DNA of 49,809 nucleotides from a virus (Duplodnaviria; Heunggongvirae; Uroviricota; Caudoviricetes): IMG/VR virus record IMGVR_UViG_2663762603_000001; one strand, 5' to 3'. Shown piece by piece: positions 17,561 to 27,331 of this stretch (position 1 is its first letter; each line of letters starts with the position of its first letter). The notes under the pieces were generated by a model. It saw only the letters and a program-made list of their open reading frames with translations, ran no database searches and was not told where the DNA came from. The position numbers and the translations under genes were made by a program.

Positions 17561-17832
17561 TGTGCAGGATGTGTCACAGTTTCCTGAATTCTGAGTACTG
17601 TCCTGTTACTCAGGGTGCTATATTTTCTGACGTGATGAAAGTCTGCCGGAAGGCGGAACGTATCGGAAATGACCCAGTAGAGAAAACGTTGACTCAGATA
17701 CCGATGCTGAGTTACCGGGAAACCGGCATCACATGACCGCTATCCTTCCAGGCTCGCTCCGGCGGGCCTTTTTACTGCAGAAAACAGTTTTCCCGTAAAA
17801 TGCCACGTTGCTCATAATTCAGGCTGGCGATT

Positions 17833-18031
17833 ATTGTCTGGCCGGCGGGAAGTTTGTTAAAAAATTTCGCATGGTGAATCCCCCTGTGCGGAGGGGTAAT
17901 CAGCGAGTAGGTATATGGGATAATCGCGGATTCAGGTGCTGGTACTGAATTCACCGGGAGGCACCCGGCACCATGCAATGGCACATAGCGCCACTCTCCA
18001 GCCCCTCTCCGGAGGGGCTGTTTATATTGAT
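17833..18031 (+). repeat. copy 2 of ~200-bp diverged direct repeat ending in identical hairpin
   Basis: see copy 1. Confidence 0.7.
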
Positions 18032-18054
18032 TTTGTCAGATGTGAGTAAACTCC

Positions 18055-18390
18055 TTATGGACTTTGTTGTTTTAGCCCATAAGGACATATTTGCAGAGTG
18101 CAACGGTTATTAAAGCATTCATTCAATACGTTATCTGTATTTGTAGGGCATTCCTGGCTGTTTTTGATTAAATTCCAGAATGTTTTATTGAATGGTACTA
18201 CGTTGTAAATGGTTACAGGTAGCACTTTGTTATTGAGCATGATGCCTGTGTGAGTCAGTGTAAATATACTTTCAGGAGGTAAGAAAGCATCCGATTGATA
18301 CCAGATTATTAATTTTATTTTACTCCATATGACTGAAAAAGATATTCCGCATGATGGCTGGATAACTGTATCAATCACAATCCACTTCAT
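18055..18390 (-). CDS. hypothetical Cys-containing protein, antisense to late operon
   Basis: 111-aa ORF with AAGGA SD 7 nt upstream; low-GC DNA between tRNA cluster and nanS-p-like gene. Confidence 0.45.
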   Translation of the reverse strand: MKWIVIDTVIQPSCGISFSVIWSKIKLIIWYQSDAFLPPESIFTLTHTGIMLNNKVLPVTIYNVVPFNKTFWNLIKNSQECPTNTDNVLNECFNNRCTLQICPYGLKQQSP

Positions 18391-18650
18391 TTAGTTTCCT
18401 TGTTTATGCCTTGCTGGTGATGTTCTGAAAAGTATAAATGATATTTTTGATTGTAAACCATAGAGCAGAATTATTTTTCTGATGTTGTTTATTGTTTATT
18501 TAAATGCAGGGTGGTTTATATCTCGTCTTGTAGTTTATCCATGCATATCTGCTTGATGATGAGGTTTTTATTTAAGGTATGGTTTTGTGTTTTTTCTGTA
18601 TTACATGTCAGGTATTTTAAAGAATCATTTTTCAGATGGTGGAAAGAACC

Positions 18651-20507
18651 ATGGCATTTAAACACTATGATGTTGTCAGGGCGGCGTCGCCGTCAGATCT
18701 TGCGGAAAAGCTGACACATAAACTGAAAGAGGGCTGGCAGCCGTTTGGTAGTCCGGTGGCCATAACCCCTTATACCCTGATGCAGGCGATTGCAGCAGAA
18801 GGTGATGTGGTCGTCAGTGGTGCAACTGAGCCGGAGTGGTACTACGTCATCGTACTGGCCGGGCAATCCAATGCCATGGCTTACGGTGAAGGGCTTCCGC
18901 TTCCGGATTCATACGATGCGCCCCATCCGCGCATTAAGCAACTGGCCCGTCGTAACACAGTGACTCCCGGTGGTGAAGTATGCGTATTTAACGACATCAT
19001 TCCTGCTGACCATTGTCTGCATGATGTTCAGGATATGAGTACGATTAATCATCCCCGGGCTGACCTGAGCAAAGGGCAGTACGGCTGTGTCGGACAGGGC
19101 TTACATATTGCCAAAAAACTGCTTCCGTATATCCCTAATAACGCGGGGATCCTGCTGGTACCATGCTGTCGTGGTGGTTCGGCATTCACCCAGGGCACGG
19201 AGGGGACATTCAGCGAGTCCACGGGGGCCAGTCAGGATTCGGCTCGCTGGGGAGTGGGTAAGCCGTTATATCAGGATCTGCTTTTCCGCACGAAGGCAGC
19301 ATTGCAGAAAAATCCGAAAAACGTTTTGCTGGCGATATGCTGGATGCAGGGGGAATTCGATATGACGAATGCCAGTTACGCCCAGCAGCCAGCAGCATTT
19401 CTTGCAATGGTACAGCAGTTCCGTGCTGACCTTGCCGGGCTGGCGGCGCAGTGTCACGGTGGAAGTCCGGCATCAGTCCCCTGGATTTGTGGCGACACGA
19501 CATACGCGTGGAAACAAGAACACGGTACGCAATATGAAGTGGTATATGGTGCATATAAAGGTAAAGAATCCCAGCAGATTTATTTTGTTCCCTTTATGAC
19601 CGATGGTAGCGGAGTTAATACACCGACAAACAACCCGTCAGAAGATCCTGATATTGCCGGGTCTGGTTATTACGGTTCGGCATCCCGAACGAACAAAAAC
19701 TGGGTATCATCAAATCGCCCGACGCATTTCAGCTCATGGGCGCGTCGTGGCATTATTCCCGATCGTATGGCAACTGCTATTCTGAACGTAGCCGGTCGCA
19801 CCTTAGCCTTCATTAGTGGTAAGGCACCGGAAATCAAACCCTCGCCCGGCGGCGACACTCCATCGGGGCCGTCTGATGGTGACACATCCGTTCGTACAGT
19901 CTCCCTGCTGCCGACAGCCGGAGAGGCTGCTGCGCAGGGCTGGACCATCACCGGCGGCAGTGTTGCGCTGGAAGATGGTGTGTTTAAGGTTACCAAGCAG
20001 AGCAATAAACCTTGGTCCCTGATGCATCCGGTGGATGACGCAGTCTCCCTGCTGACACGGGGTGGCAGACTGAGCTGTAAGTTTCGACTGTCAGGCGCAC
20101 TGACCAACAACCAGTTCGGTCTGGGAATTTATCTGTATACCGATGTAGCGTTACCTGACGTCGTGGCGATGACCGGGACTGGTAACCCGTTCCTGATGTC
20201 GTTCTTCACCCAGACCACAGACGGCAAACTGAATCTGATGCATCACAGGAAAGCAGGAAACACAAAGTTGGGCGAGTTCGGGAATTACAGTAACGACTGG
20301 CAGACGCTGGAGCTGGTGTTCACCGCCGGCAGTGCCACGGTTACTCCGAAACTGAATGGAGTGGCTGGCCCGGCATTCCAGGTCATAAAAGACAGTCTGA
20401 CACTGGGGCTGAATGCGCTGACGCTGACGGATATTACCAAAAATGCAGCGTATGGCGTTGAGATAGAAAGTCTGGTGCTGGAGATAAATGCACCAGCATC
20501 ATCATAA
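18651..20507 (+). CDS. prophage sialate O-acetylesterase-like protein (NanS-p-like; DUF1737 N-terminus + SGNH/SASA domain)
   Basis: 618 aa; N-terminal MAFKHYDVVRAASPSDLAEKLTHKLKEGWQPFG and GQSNA esterase motif; position matches the large gene downstream of stxAB in Stx phages. Confidence 0.8.
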   Translation: MAFKHYDVVRAASPSDLAEKLTHKLKEGWQPFGSPVAITPYTLMQAIAAEGDVVVSGATEPEWYYVIVLAGQSNAMAYGEGLPLPDSYDAPHPRIKQLARRNTVTPGGEVCVFNDIIPADHCLHDVQDMSTINHPRADLSKGQYGCVGQGLHIAKKLLPYIPNNAGILLVPCCRGGSAFTQGTEGTFSESTGASQDSARWGVGKPLYQDLLFRTKAALQKNPKNVLLAICWMQGEFDMTNASYAQQPAAFLAMVQQFRADLAGLAAQCHGGSPASVPWICGDTTYAWKQEHGTQYEVVYGAYKGKESQQIYFVPFMTDGSGVNTPTNNPSEDPDIAGSGYYGSASRTNKNWVSSNRPTHFSSWARRGIIPDRMATAILNVAGRTLAFISGKAPEIKPSPGGDTPSGPSDGDTSVRTVSLLPTAGEAAAQGWTITGGSVALEDGVFKVTKQSNKPWSLMHPVDDAVSLLTRGGRLSCKFRLSGALTNNQFGLGIYLYTDVALPDVVAMTGTGNPFLMSFFTQTTDGKLNLMHHRKAGNTKLGEFGNYSNDWQTLELVFTAGSATVTPKLNGVAGPAFQVIKDSLTLGLNALTLTDITKNAAYGVEIESLVLEINAPASS

Positions 20508-20657
20508 AAAGTGAGCCAGTCAAATGGAAGGTATCGTTAAACTCACCGGTAGTGTCAGTGGGTCGTCTGAGATGCCTGCATGAGTTATCAGAGCCATCAG
20601 TACTTAACTGGTGGCTTTTTTTATTGTTGTCAGCTTCCGGATAACGGGAGACGGGGT

Positions 20658-20873
20658 ATGTACCAGATGGAAAAAATCACAACAGGTGTGTCATACACCA
20701 CGTCAGCGGTGGGAACGGGCTACTGGTTCCTGCAGTTGCTGGACAGGGTTTCCCCGTCTCAGTGGGCGGCAATAGGCGTGCTGGGGAGTCTGCTGTTTGG
20801 GCTGCTGACATATCTGACTAACCTGTATTTCAAAATCAGAGAGGACCGTCGTAAGGCTGCACGGGGAGAGTAA
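20658..20873 (+). CDS. S: class II holin (S21-type pinholin) with dual start MYQM
   Basis: 71/68 aa from Met at 20658 and 20667; …[51 protein letters not shown] closely resembles phage 21 S. Confidence 0.85.
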   Translation: MYQMEKITTGVSYTTSAVGTGYWFLQLLDRVSPSQWAAIGVLGSLLFGLLTYLTNLYFKIREDRRKAARGE

Positions 20874-20877
20874 TTCA

Positions 20878-21192
20878 ATGACTCAAAACTATGAACTGAT
20901 TGTGAAAGGGATCCGCAATTTTGAGAATAAAGTTACGGTAACTTTAGCGTTACGGGACAAAAAACGCTTTGACGGTGAAATTTTTGACCTGGACATCTCG
21001 CTGGACCGTGTTGAAGGTGCCGCGCTGGAGTTTTATGAGGCAGCAGCCAGAAGGAGCATCAGACAGGTCTTCATGGATGTTGCTGCCGGGTTATGTGAAG
21101 GGGACGAGCTGTTGCCAGAAACGCGCCCCTGTTCAGAGGCGCGGTATACCATAAAAATTAACAGTTCTGATAACTCGATTACGGGTTGTTAG
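20878..21192 (+). CDS. hypothetical protein inserted between holin and endolysin
   Basis: 104-aa ORF with GGAGAG SD, 4 nt after holin stop; no recognizable lysis motif. Confidence 0.5.
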   Translation: MTQNYELIVKGIRNFENKVTVTLALRDKKRFDGEIFDLDISLDRVEGAALEFYEAAARRSIRQVFMDVAAGLCEGDELLPETRPCSEARYTIKINSSDNSITGC

Positions 21193-21247
21193 CTTTTTGC
21201 AGTTGGCTTTCCAGTATCTTTCATTGGTAGCATCCTGATAAATATCC

Positions 21248-21781
21248 ATGAGCGCAAAAATCAAATACGGCCTGTCAGCTGCTGTTCTGGCGCTGATTGC
21301 TGCAGGCGCGTCTGCTCCTCAAATACTTGACCAGTTTCTGGATGAAAAAGAGGGTAACCACACTACGGCATACCGCGATGGTTCCGGTATATGGACCATC
21401 TGTCGTGGTGCCACAATGGTGGATGGTAAGCCCGTCATACCGGGAATGAAGCTGTCGAAGGAAAAATGCGACCAGGTTAACGCTATTGAACGTGATAAGG
21501 CGCTGGCATGGGTGGAGCGCAATATTAAAGTACCACTGACCGAACCACAGAAAGCGGGTATAGCGTCATTCTGTCCCTATAACATTGGCCCCGGTAAGTG
21601 TTTCCCGTCGACGTTTTATAAGCGGCTGAATGCCGGTGATCGTAAGGGCGCATGCGAGGCGATTCGCTGGTGGATAAAAGATGGTGGGCGCGATTGCCGC
21701 ATACGTTCAAATAACTGCTATGGACAGGTTATTCGTCGTGACCAGGAAAGCGCATTAGCCTGTTGGGGGATAGATCAGTGA
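21248..21781 (+). CDS. R: SAR endolysin (T4-lysozyme-like muramidase with N-terminal signal-anchor-release segment)
   Basis: 177 aa; hydrophobic [17 protein letters not shown] then E-x8-D-x5-T catalytic pattern ([16 protein letters not shown]). Confidence 0.85.
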   Translation: MSAKIKYGLSAAVLALIAAGASAPQILDQFLDEKEGNHTTAYRDGSGIWTICRGATMVDGKPVIPGMKLSKEKCDQVNAIERDKALAWVERNIKVPLTEPQKAGIASFCPYNIGPGKCFPSTFYKRLNAGDRKGACEAIRWWIKDGGRDCRIRSNNCYGQVIRRDQESALACWGIDQ

Positions 21782-22236
21782 GCAGAGTCGCAGCGATTAT
21801 TTATACTCTGGTTATCTGCACCATCGTCTGCCTGTCATGGGCTGTTAATCATTACCGCGATAACGCCATTACCTACAAAGCCCAGCGCGACAAAAATGCC
21901 AGAGAACTGAAGCTGGCGAACGTGGTAATTACTGACATGCAGATGCGTCAGCGTGATGTAGCAGAACTCGACGCCAGATACACAAAGGAGCTTGCTGATG
22001 CTAACGCGACTATCGAAAGTCTTCGTGCTGATGTTTCTGCTGGGCGTAAGCGCCTGCAAGTCGCCGCCACCTGTGCAAAGTCAACGACCGGAGCCAGCAG
22101 CATGGGCGATGGAGAAAGCCCAAGACTTACAGCAGATGCTGAACTCAATTATTACCGTCTCCGAAGTGGAATCGACAAGATAACCGCTCAGGTCAACTAC
22201 CTGCAGGAGTACATCAGGACGCAGTGCTTAAAATAA
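21778..22236 (+). CDS. Rz: i-spanin Rz
   Basis: 152 aa from GTG overlapping endolysin stop; N-terminal TM helix then coiled-coil-like sequence. Confidence 0.8.
   Translation: MSRVAAIIYTLVICTIVCLSWAVNHYRDNAITYKAQRDKNARELKLANVVITDMQMRQRDVAELDARYTKELADANATIESLRADVSAGRKRLQVAATCAKSTTGASSMGDGESPRLTADAELNYYRLRSGIDKITAQVNYLQEYIRTQCLK
21992..22183 (+). CDS. Rz1: o-spanin Rz1 lipoprotein embedded in +1 frame of Rz
   Basis: 63-aa ORF inside Rz; signal/lipobox-like FLLGVSAC followed by Pro-rich segment. Confidence 0.7.
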   Translation: MLMLTRLSKVFVLMFLLGVSACKSPPPVQSQRPEPAAWAMEKAQDLQQMLNSIITVSEVESTR

Positions 22237-22276
22237 TTTTAATTTCACTGAAATTTAATACGTGACTTTCAGGAAA

Positions 22277-22303
22277 ATGCCTCGCAGATGCGGGGCATTT
22301 TTG
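22277..22303 (+). terminator. intrinsic terminator after lysis cassette
   Basis: ATGCCTCGCAGATGCGGGGCAT hairpin + TTTTTG. Confidence 0.6.
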
Positions 22304-22652
22304 TACAGGTATTTCACCGCGCACCGCAGCGCACTCAACCACGTCGAACCAAACCCTTTGGAATGAGCCTTTGAGTAGTCAGTTAGTGCTGGTGAGCCTT
22401 GACGGGCTGATCTCCTATGCAGCAAAGGTTCATCTCAAAGTAAGACGAACGCTATGACAAACCAAGATTCTATAGACCTATCTGATCTTCGTGGAATGGT
22501 CAGTTTTCCAGACAAAAGGTAATCACCATAGTCGTATGGCTATGAATCTTGTTGCTGCAGATAAGCATTTTGTGATTGAAGTGGTCAAATCTCTCAAATG
22601 CAGTAAAATGCAGTGCGCTATAATTCAATAACGGAGGGAGTAAGGAGAAGTC

Positions 22653-23273
22653 ATGAAAGATCAAGATGTTAGGTTCGCGGTGCATCATAAGCTTTTGAAA
22701 GAATCGCATTTAGATCCAGACTGCCTTGTGGTCGATGAATTTTCCATATCCCTTGGCGCCAGTAGAGCAGACATTGCTGTAATAAATGGTGTTATACACG
22801 GGTACGAGCTCAAAAGTGAATATGACTCTTTGGAGCGTTTGCCTCTTCAAATCAAGCATTATTCTTCTGTAATGGACAAGGTTACTCTTGTCGTAGCTGA
22901 GAAACACCTTGAGGGAGCATTAAAGTTAATCCCAGGTTGGTGGGGCGTTAAAACGGTTTCTGTTGGGCCAAAAGGCGCCATTCTTATAAAGCACATGCGT
23001 GGAGAAAAGCTTAATCGAAACCATGACACATTGATGCTCGCTCAATTGCTTTGGAAAGATGAATGTATCGACGTACTTGAACGATGGGGCTATTCCAAAG
23101 GAATCAAAAGCAAGCCCCGATTTGAGTTATGGAATATTATTGCGGAAAATATTCCAATAGCGAATCTCAGGCCTGAAGTCAGAACAGCCTTAAAGAAACG
23201 CGTAGGCTGGAAAGTTAAGGCTTGGCAGGCTGAGTCTGCGCCAACCAATAAAGCTGTCTCACGACTAACGTAA
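22653..23273 (+). CDS. PD-(D/E)xK-like nuclease-fold protein (candidate defence effector)
   Basis: 206 aa; strong SD (AAGGAG); candidate motifs VVDEF, RADIAV and YELK in the N-terminal 60 aa; TATAAT at 22619-22624 preceded by direct repeat AAATGCAGT x2. Confidence 0.7.
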   Translation: MKDQDVRFAVHHKLLKESHLDPDCLVVDEFSISLGASRADIAVINGVIHGYELKSEYDSLERLPLQIKHYSSVMDKVTLVVAEKHLEGALKLIPGWWGVKTVSVGPKGAILIKHMRGEKLNRNHDTLMLAQLLWKDECIDVLERWGYSKGIKSKPRFELWNIIAENIPIANLRPEVRTALKKRVGWKVKAWQAESAPTNKAVSRLT

Positions 23274-24282
23274 TATGGTGCGTATGTGCAACTTTACGCC
23301 ATTCTTTAGAGCCGCCAGATTTGTTAGCGCCTAATGATCTTTGGTAAATGTAATCATCCCCCCAACTAAATTTGGAGCCAAAGACTTGATACTCTGGCGA
23401 ACTAACAAGGGTAGTACATAAGTTTTTAGTTTGGCCCCATCCATTTCCTTTAACTGCGGTACCTTTTACAAAGATCCATGAGGTATCGTTCGAATATCTC
23501 ACTGAGACATACTGAGACATGAAGCGTGGGTCTACGCTCGTAATGGTAGAGCTAGCGGTGGGATAATCACTAAAACTTGGCGTTCTTCCATTGCTAAAAT
23601 TCTGTACTACGTACATCCAAAGATCGTATTCATGGCGCGGAATATGATGAACTTGATGTTGCGGTATCCCTGCCTGTGATGCCGGGTATGCGGTTGAAGA
23701 TAAAATCAAGTTTCTCCACGGAGCTTGGCCTGATAATGTGTTGACCATGCTTAATGCTTGTTGTTTTAAACTATCAGTTGCGTTTTGAATATCTCCAAAA
23801 TCAATGATTACATCAATTAAACTAGGATGAATATTTAAGTGGTTAACCAGACTTGTGAATTGGTGCCATGTCTGGGGGGTGATAGATATAGCGAGCCCAT
23901 TGATTAAGTTGCGTTGAACAGCATGTATATAGTTTGTTGAATATGCGGGAGAAACAACAGGGATAATTTCCTTACCATTTACTCTAGCATCTTGGATACA
24001 CATATCTAGAGGATGATGGCGGCTCGAACCATGTTTATCTAAATATTTAACATCCAGCAAAACAGGACGATTGGCTTTCCAGGATGCCGCAAGGTTAATA
24101 CCGAAGTCAGATAAGTAAGAACTCAAACTCTTCTTGTAGCATTCGTTTTCATAATCCCAGTCTATGTCTGGAATGGTAATGATCGGAGTAAAACCAGAGA
24201 GCGTAGTTTGATCTAAAAGCATCAGAGATTCATATTCAGCAGGCTTCCATTTCAGCTGTGGATAATATTGATGTTGACTCAT
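23215..24282 (-). CDS. 355-aa protein of unknown function, convergent with and overlapping the nuclease-like gene
   Basis: ATG at 24280-24282 with AAGGAG SD; 3' ends of the two genes overlap by about 59 bp; low-GC island. Confidence 0.7.
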   Translation of the reverse strand: MSQHQYYPQLKWKPAEYESLMLLDQTTLSGFTPIITIPDIDWDYENECYKKSLSSYLSDFGINLAASWKANRPVLLDVKYLDKHGSSRHHPLDMCIQDARVNGKEIIPVVSPAYSTNYIHAVQRNLINGLAISITPQTWHQFTSLVNHLNIHPSLIDVIIDFGDIQNATDSLKQQALSMVNTLSGQAPWRNLILSSTAYPASQAGIPQHQVHHIPRHEYDLWMYVVQNFSNGRTPSFSDYPTASSTITSVDPRFMSQYVSVRYSNDTSWIFVKGTAVKGNGWGQTKNLCTTLVSSPEYQVFGSKFSWGDDYIYQRSLGANKSGGSKEWRKVAHTHHITLVVRQLYWLAQTQPAKP

Positions 24283-24505
24283 TAAAACTCCTTAAAATCT
24301 TTACTTATCCTAAGTATAGTGTTATGGCGTAACGCCAATTGTTTTTATACACTTGAAAACATTGGGAAAAGTTGAGCTATATCTAAATTTACAAAATTGG
24401 ATGTTATAGAAATCGAGGTTTCAACTAGGCATGGAACTGCAAAATTTTTAATGCCTGCACGCGAAAGTCGTTGGCGGGTCCTTTCCGGTGATCCAGATCG
24501 TTACG

Positions 24506-24517
24506 GGGCGGCGACCT
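24506..24517 (+). other. cos: cosN cohesive-end site (GGGCGGCGACCT), lambda-identical
   Basis: sequence CGTTACG|GGGCGGCGACCT|CGCGG matches recalled lambda cos; about 175 bp upstream of Nu1. Confidence 0.8.
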
Positions 24518-24692
24518 CGCGGTTTTTCACTATTTATGAAAATTTTTCAGGGAAAATCGTGTCGGTACTTCTCGAATATAACTTTTTGTTTTTTTTAATA
24601 TTGCATTCATAAATGTCCGACATGAAAGTGTCCGAAAATGCCTTTTTCTGGCGTTTTCATGTCGGGCCTTGTATTTGATAATGGGTTGTTCT

Positions 24693-25241
24693 ATGAAGGT
24701 TAATAAAAAGAGGCTTGCCGAAATTTTTAACGTGGACCCGCGGACGATTGAACGCTGGCAGTCTCAGGGGCTCCCTTGCGTCTCCAAAGGCAGTAAGGGC
24801 ATTGAATCTGTATTTGATACTGCCATGGCAATTCAGTGGTATGCGCAGAGGGAAACTGATATCGAAAACGAAAAGCTCCGCAAAGAACTGGCCGATTTGC
24901 GTGCGGCAGCGGAGTCAGATTTACAACCCGGCACCATTGACTATGAACGCTACCGGCTCACAAAAGCGCAGGCAGATGCGCAGGAACTGAAAAATGCCCG
25001 TGAAGACGGAGTGGTGCTGGAAACTGAACTGTTTACCTTCATTCTGCAACGTGTGGCACAGGAGATTTCGGGGATACTTGTGCGTGTGCCGTTGACATTA
25101 CAGCGTAAATATCCGGACATTTCACCATCACACCTTGATGTGGTGAAAACTGAAATCGCGAAAGCCTCCAATGTTGCAGCTAAGGCCGGTGAAAACGTGG
25201 GCGGGTGGATCGATGATTTCAGACGCACAGAAGGCAGCTAA
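24693..25241 (+). CDS. nu1: terminase small subunit Nu1
   Basis: [12 protein letters not shown]…ENEKLR…[29 protein letters not shown] highly similar to lambda Nu1. Confidence 0.9.
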   Translation: MKVNKKRLAEIFNVDPRTIERWQSQGLPCVSKGSKGIESVFDTAMAIQWYAQRETDIENEKLRKELADLRAAAESDLQPGTIDYERYRLTKAQADAQELKNAREDGVVLETELFTFILQRVAQEISGILVRVPLTLQRKYPDISPSHLDVVKTEIAKASNVAAKAGENVGGWIDDFRRTEGS

Positions 25242-27141
25242 TGCAGCCGGTGCGATAGCTACAGGGCTTTTATCTCTCATTATTCCTGTTCCACTGACGA
25301 CAGTTCAGTGGGCCAATAAACATTATTACCTTCCTAAAGAGTCGTCTTATACCCCGGGGCGGTGGGAAACACTGCCGTTTCAGGTTGGCATCATGAACTG
25401 TATGGGCAACGATTTGATTCGCACTGTTAACCTGATTAAATCTGCCCGTGTTGGTTATACAAAGATGTTGCTGGGAGTGGAGGCTTATTTTATTGAGCAT
25501 AAATCACGCAACAGCCTTCTTTTTCAGCCCACGGACTCAGCTGCTGAAGATTTTATGAAATCTCATGTTGAGCCAACGATAAGGGATGTTCCTGCATTGC
25601 TGGAGCTGGCTCCATGGTTCGGAAGAAAACACCGCGATAATACGCTCACCCTGAAGCGTTTTTCCTCCGGTGTGGGTTTCTGGTGTCTGGGGGGAGCGGC
25701 AGCAAAAAACTACCGTGAAAAATCCGTGGATGTGGTTTGTTATGACGAGCTTTCCTCGTTCGAACCGGATGTTGAAAAAGAGGGTTCGCCAACCCTGCTG
25801 GGGGATAAACGTATTGAGGGCTCTGTATGGCCAAAATCCATTCGCGGCTCGACGCCTAAAATCAAAGGCTCCTGCCAGATCGAAAAAGCCGCTAACGAGT
25901 CGGCACATTTCATGCGTTTTTATGTGCCCTGTCCGCACTGTGGGGAGGAGCAGTATCTGAAATTTGGCGATGATGCCTCGCCTTTCGGTCTTAAGTGGGA
26001 GAAGAATAAGCCAGAAAGTGTTTTCTACCTTTGTGAGCATCATGGCTGTGTGATCCATCAGTCTGAGCTTGACCAGAGTAACGGGCGGTGGATCTGTGAA
26101 AACACGGGCATGTGGACTCGTGACGGTCTGACATTTTTCAGCGCCGCGGATAATGAAATTCCGCCGCCGCGCTCCATCACATTCCATATCTGGACGGCGT
26201 ACAGTCCGTTCACCACCTGGGTACAGATTGTCTATGACTGGCTGGATGCACTGAAAGATCCCAACGGCCTGAAAACCTTTGTGAACACCACGCTGGGCGA
26301 GACCTGGGAAGAGGCCGTGGGCGAAAAACTCGATCACCAGGTGCTGATGGATAAGGTTGTGCGTTACACGGCTGCGGTGCCTTCCCGGGTGGTTTATCTG
26401 ACGGCGGGCATTGACTCGCAGCGAAACCGTTTTGAGATGTATGTCTGGGGATGGGCTCCGGGAGAGGAAGCCTTTCTGGTGGATAAAATCATCATTATGG
26501 GGCGTCCCGATGAGGAAGAGACGCTGTTACGTGTGGATGTGGCGATCAACAAAAAATACCGCCATGCAGACGGAACCGAAATGACCATTTCCCGTGTCTG
26601 CTGGGACACCGGGGGGATCGATGGCGAAATTGTCTATCAGAGGTCAAAAAAACACGGTGTTTTCCGGGTGCTGCCGGTAAAAGGTGCATCTGTTTATGGC
26701 AAGCCGGTGATCACCATGCCAAAAACCCGCAATCAGCGGGGCGTGTATCTGTGCGAAGTGGGGACGGACACCGCAAAAGAAATTCTCTATGCCCGTATGA
26801 AAGCCGATCCCACGCCTGCGGATGAAGCCACGTCGTATGCCATCCGTTTTCCTGATGATCCGGAGATTTTTTCGCAGACAGAGGCGCAGCAACTGGTGGC
26901 GGAAGAGCTTGTGGAGAAGTGGGAAAAAGGAAAGATGCGTCTGCTGTGGGATAACAAAAAGCGGCGTAACGAAGCGCTGGACTGCCTGGTGTATGCCTAC
27001 GCGGCATTACGTGTGTCCGTGCAACGCTGGCAGCTTGATCTGGCTGTACTGGCAAAATCCCGGGAAGAAGAGACGACCCGGCCAACCCTTAAAGAACTGG
27101 CAGCGAAGCTGTCCGGAGGAGTGAATGGTTACAGTCGCTGA
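25213..27141 (+). CDS. A: terminase large subunit A
   Basis: 642 aa from ATG 25213; colinear with lambda gpA (…[20 protein letters not shown]…[10 protein letters not shown]…). Confidence 0.9.
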   Translation: MISDAQKAANAAGAIATGLLSLIIPVPLTTVQWANKHYYLPKESSYTPGRWETLPFQVGIMNCMGNDLIRTVNLIKSARVGYTKMLLGVEAYFIEHKSRNSLLFQPTDSAAEDFMKSHVEPTIRDVPALLELAPWFGRKHRDNTLTLKRFSSGVGFWCLGGAAAKNYREKSVDVVCYDELSSFEPDVEKEGSPTLLGDKRIEGSVWPKSIRGSTPKIKGSCQIEKAANESAHFMRFYVPCPHCGEEQYLKFGDDASPFGLKWEKNKPESVFYLCEHHGCVIHQSELDQSNGRWICENTGMWTRDGLTFFSAADNEIPPPRSITFHIWTAYSPFTTWVQIVYDWLDALKDPNGLKTFVNTTLGETWEEAVGEKLDHQVLMDKVVRYTAAVPSRVVYLTAGIDSQRNRFEMYVWGWAPGEEAFLVDKIIIMGRPDEEETLLRVDVAINKKYRHADGTEMTISRVCWDTGGIDGEIVYQRSKKHGVFRVLPVKGASVYGKPVITMPKTRNQRGVYLCEVGTDTAKEILYARMKADPTPADEATSYAIRFPDDPEIFSQTEAQQLVAEELVEKWEKGKMRLLWDNKKRRNEALDCLVYAYAALRVSVQRWQLDLAVLAKSREEETTRPTLKELAAKLSGGVNGYSR

Positions 27142-27331
27142 ACTGCAGGCGCTGCGTCAGGCGCGCCTTGATTTATTAACCGGTAAACGGGTGGTGTCTG
27201 TCCAGAAAGATGGTCGCAGAATTGAATATACGGCAGCTTCTCTGGATGAGCTTAACCGGGCGATCAATGATGCGGAGTCGGTACTGGGGACAACCCGCCG
27301 TCGCCGTCGTCCGCTGGGAGTGAGGTTATGA
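27125..27331 (+). CDS. W: head-tail connector protein W
   Basis: 68 aa, lambda W-like, overlaps A and B. Confidence 0.85.
   Translation: MVTVAELQALRQARLDLLTGKRVVSVQKDGRRIEYTAASLDELNRAINDAESVLGTTRRRRRPLGVRL

Noticed and set aside
17200-18640. Shiga toxin stxA/stxB genes
   Set aside because: Looked for them because the flanking architecture is Stx-phage-like, but the interval contains no ORFs of appropriate size with signal peptides on the late strand; only repeats and one antisense ORF.
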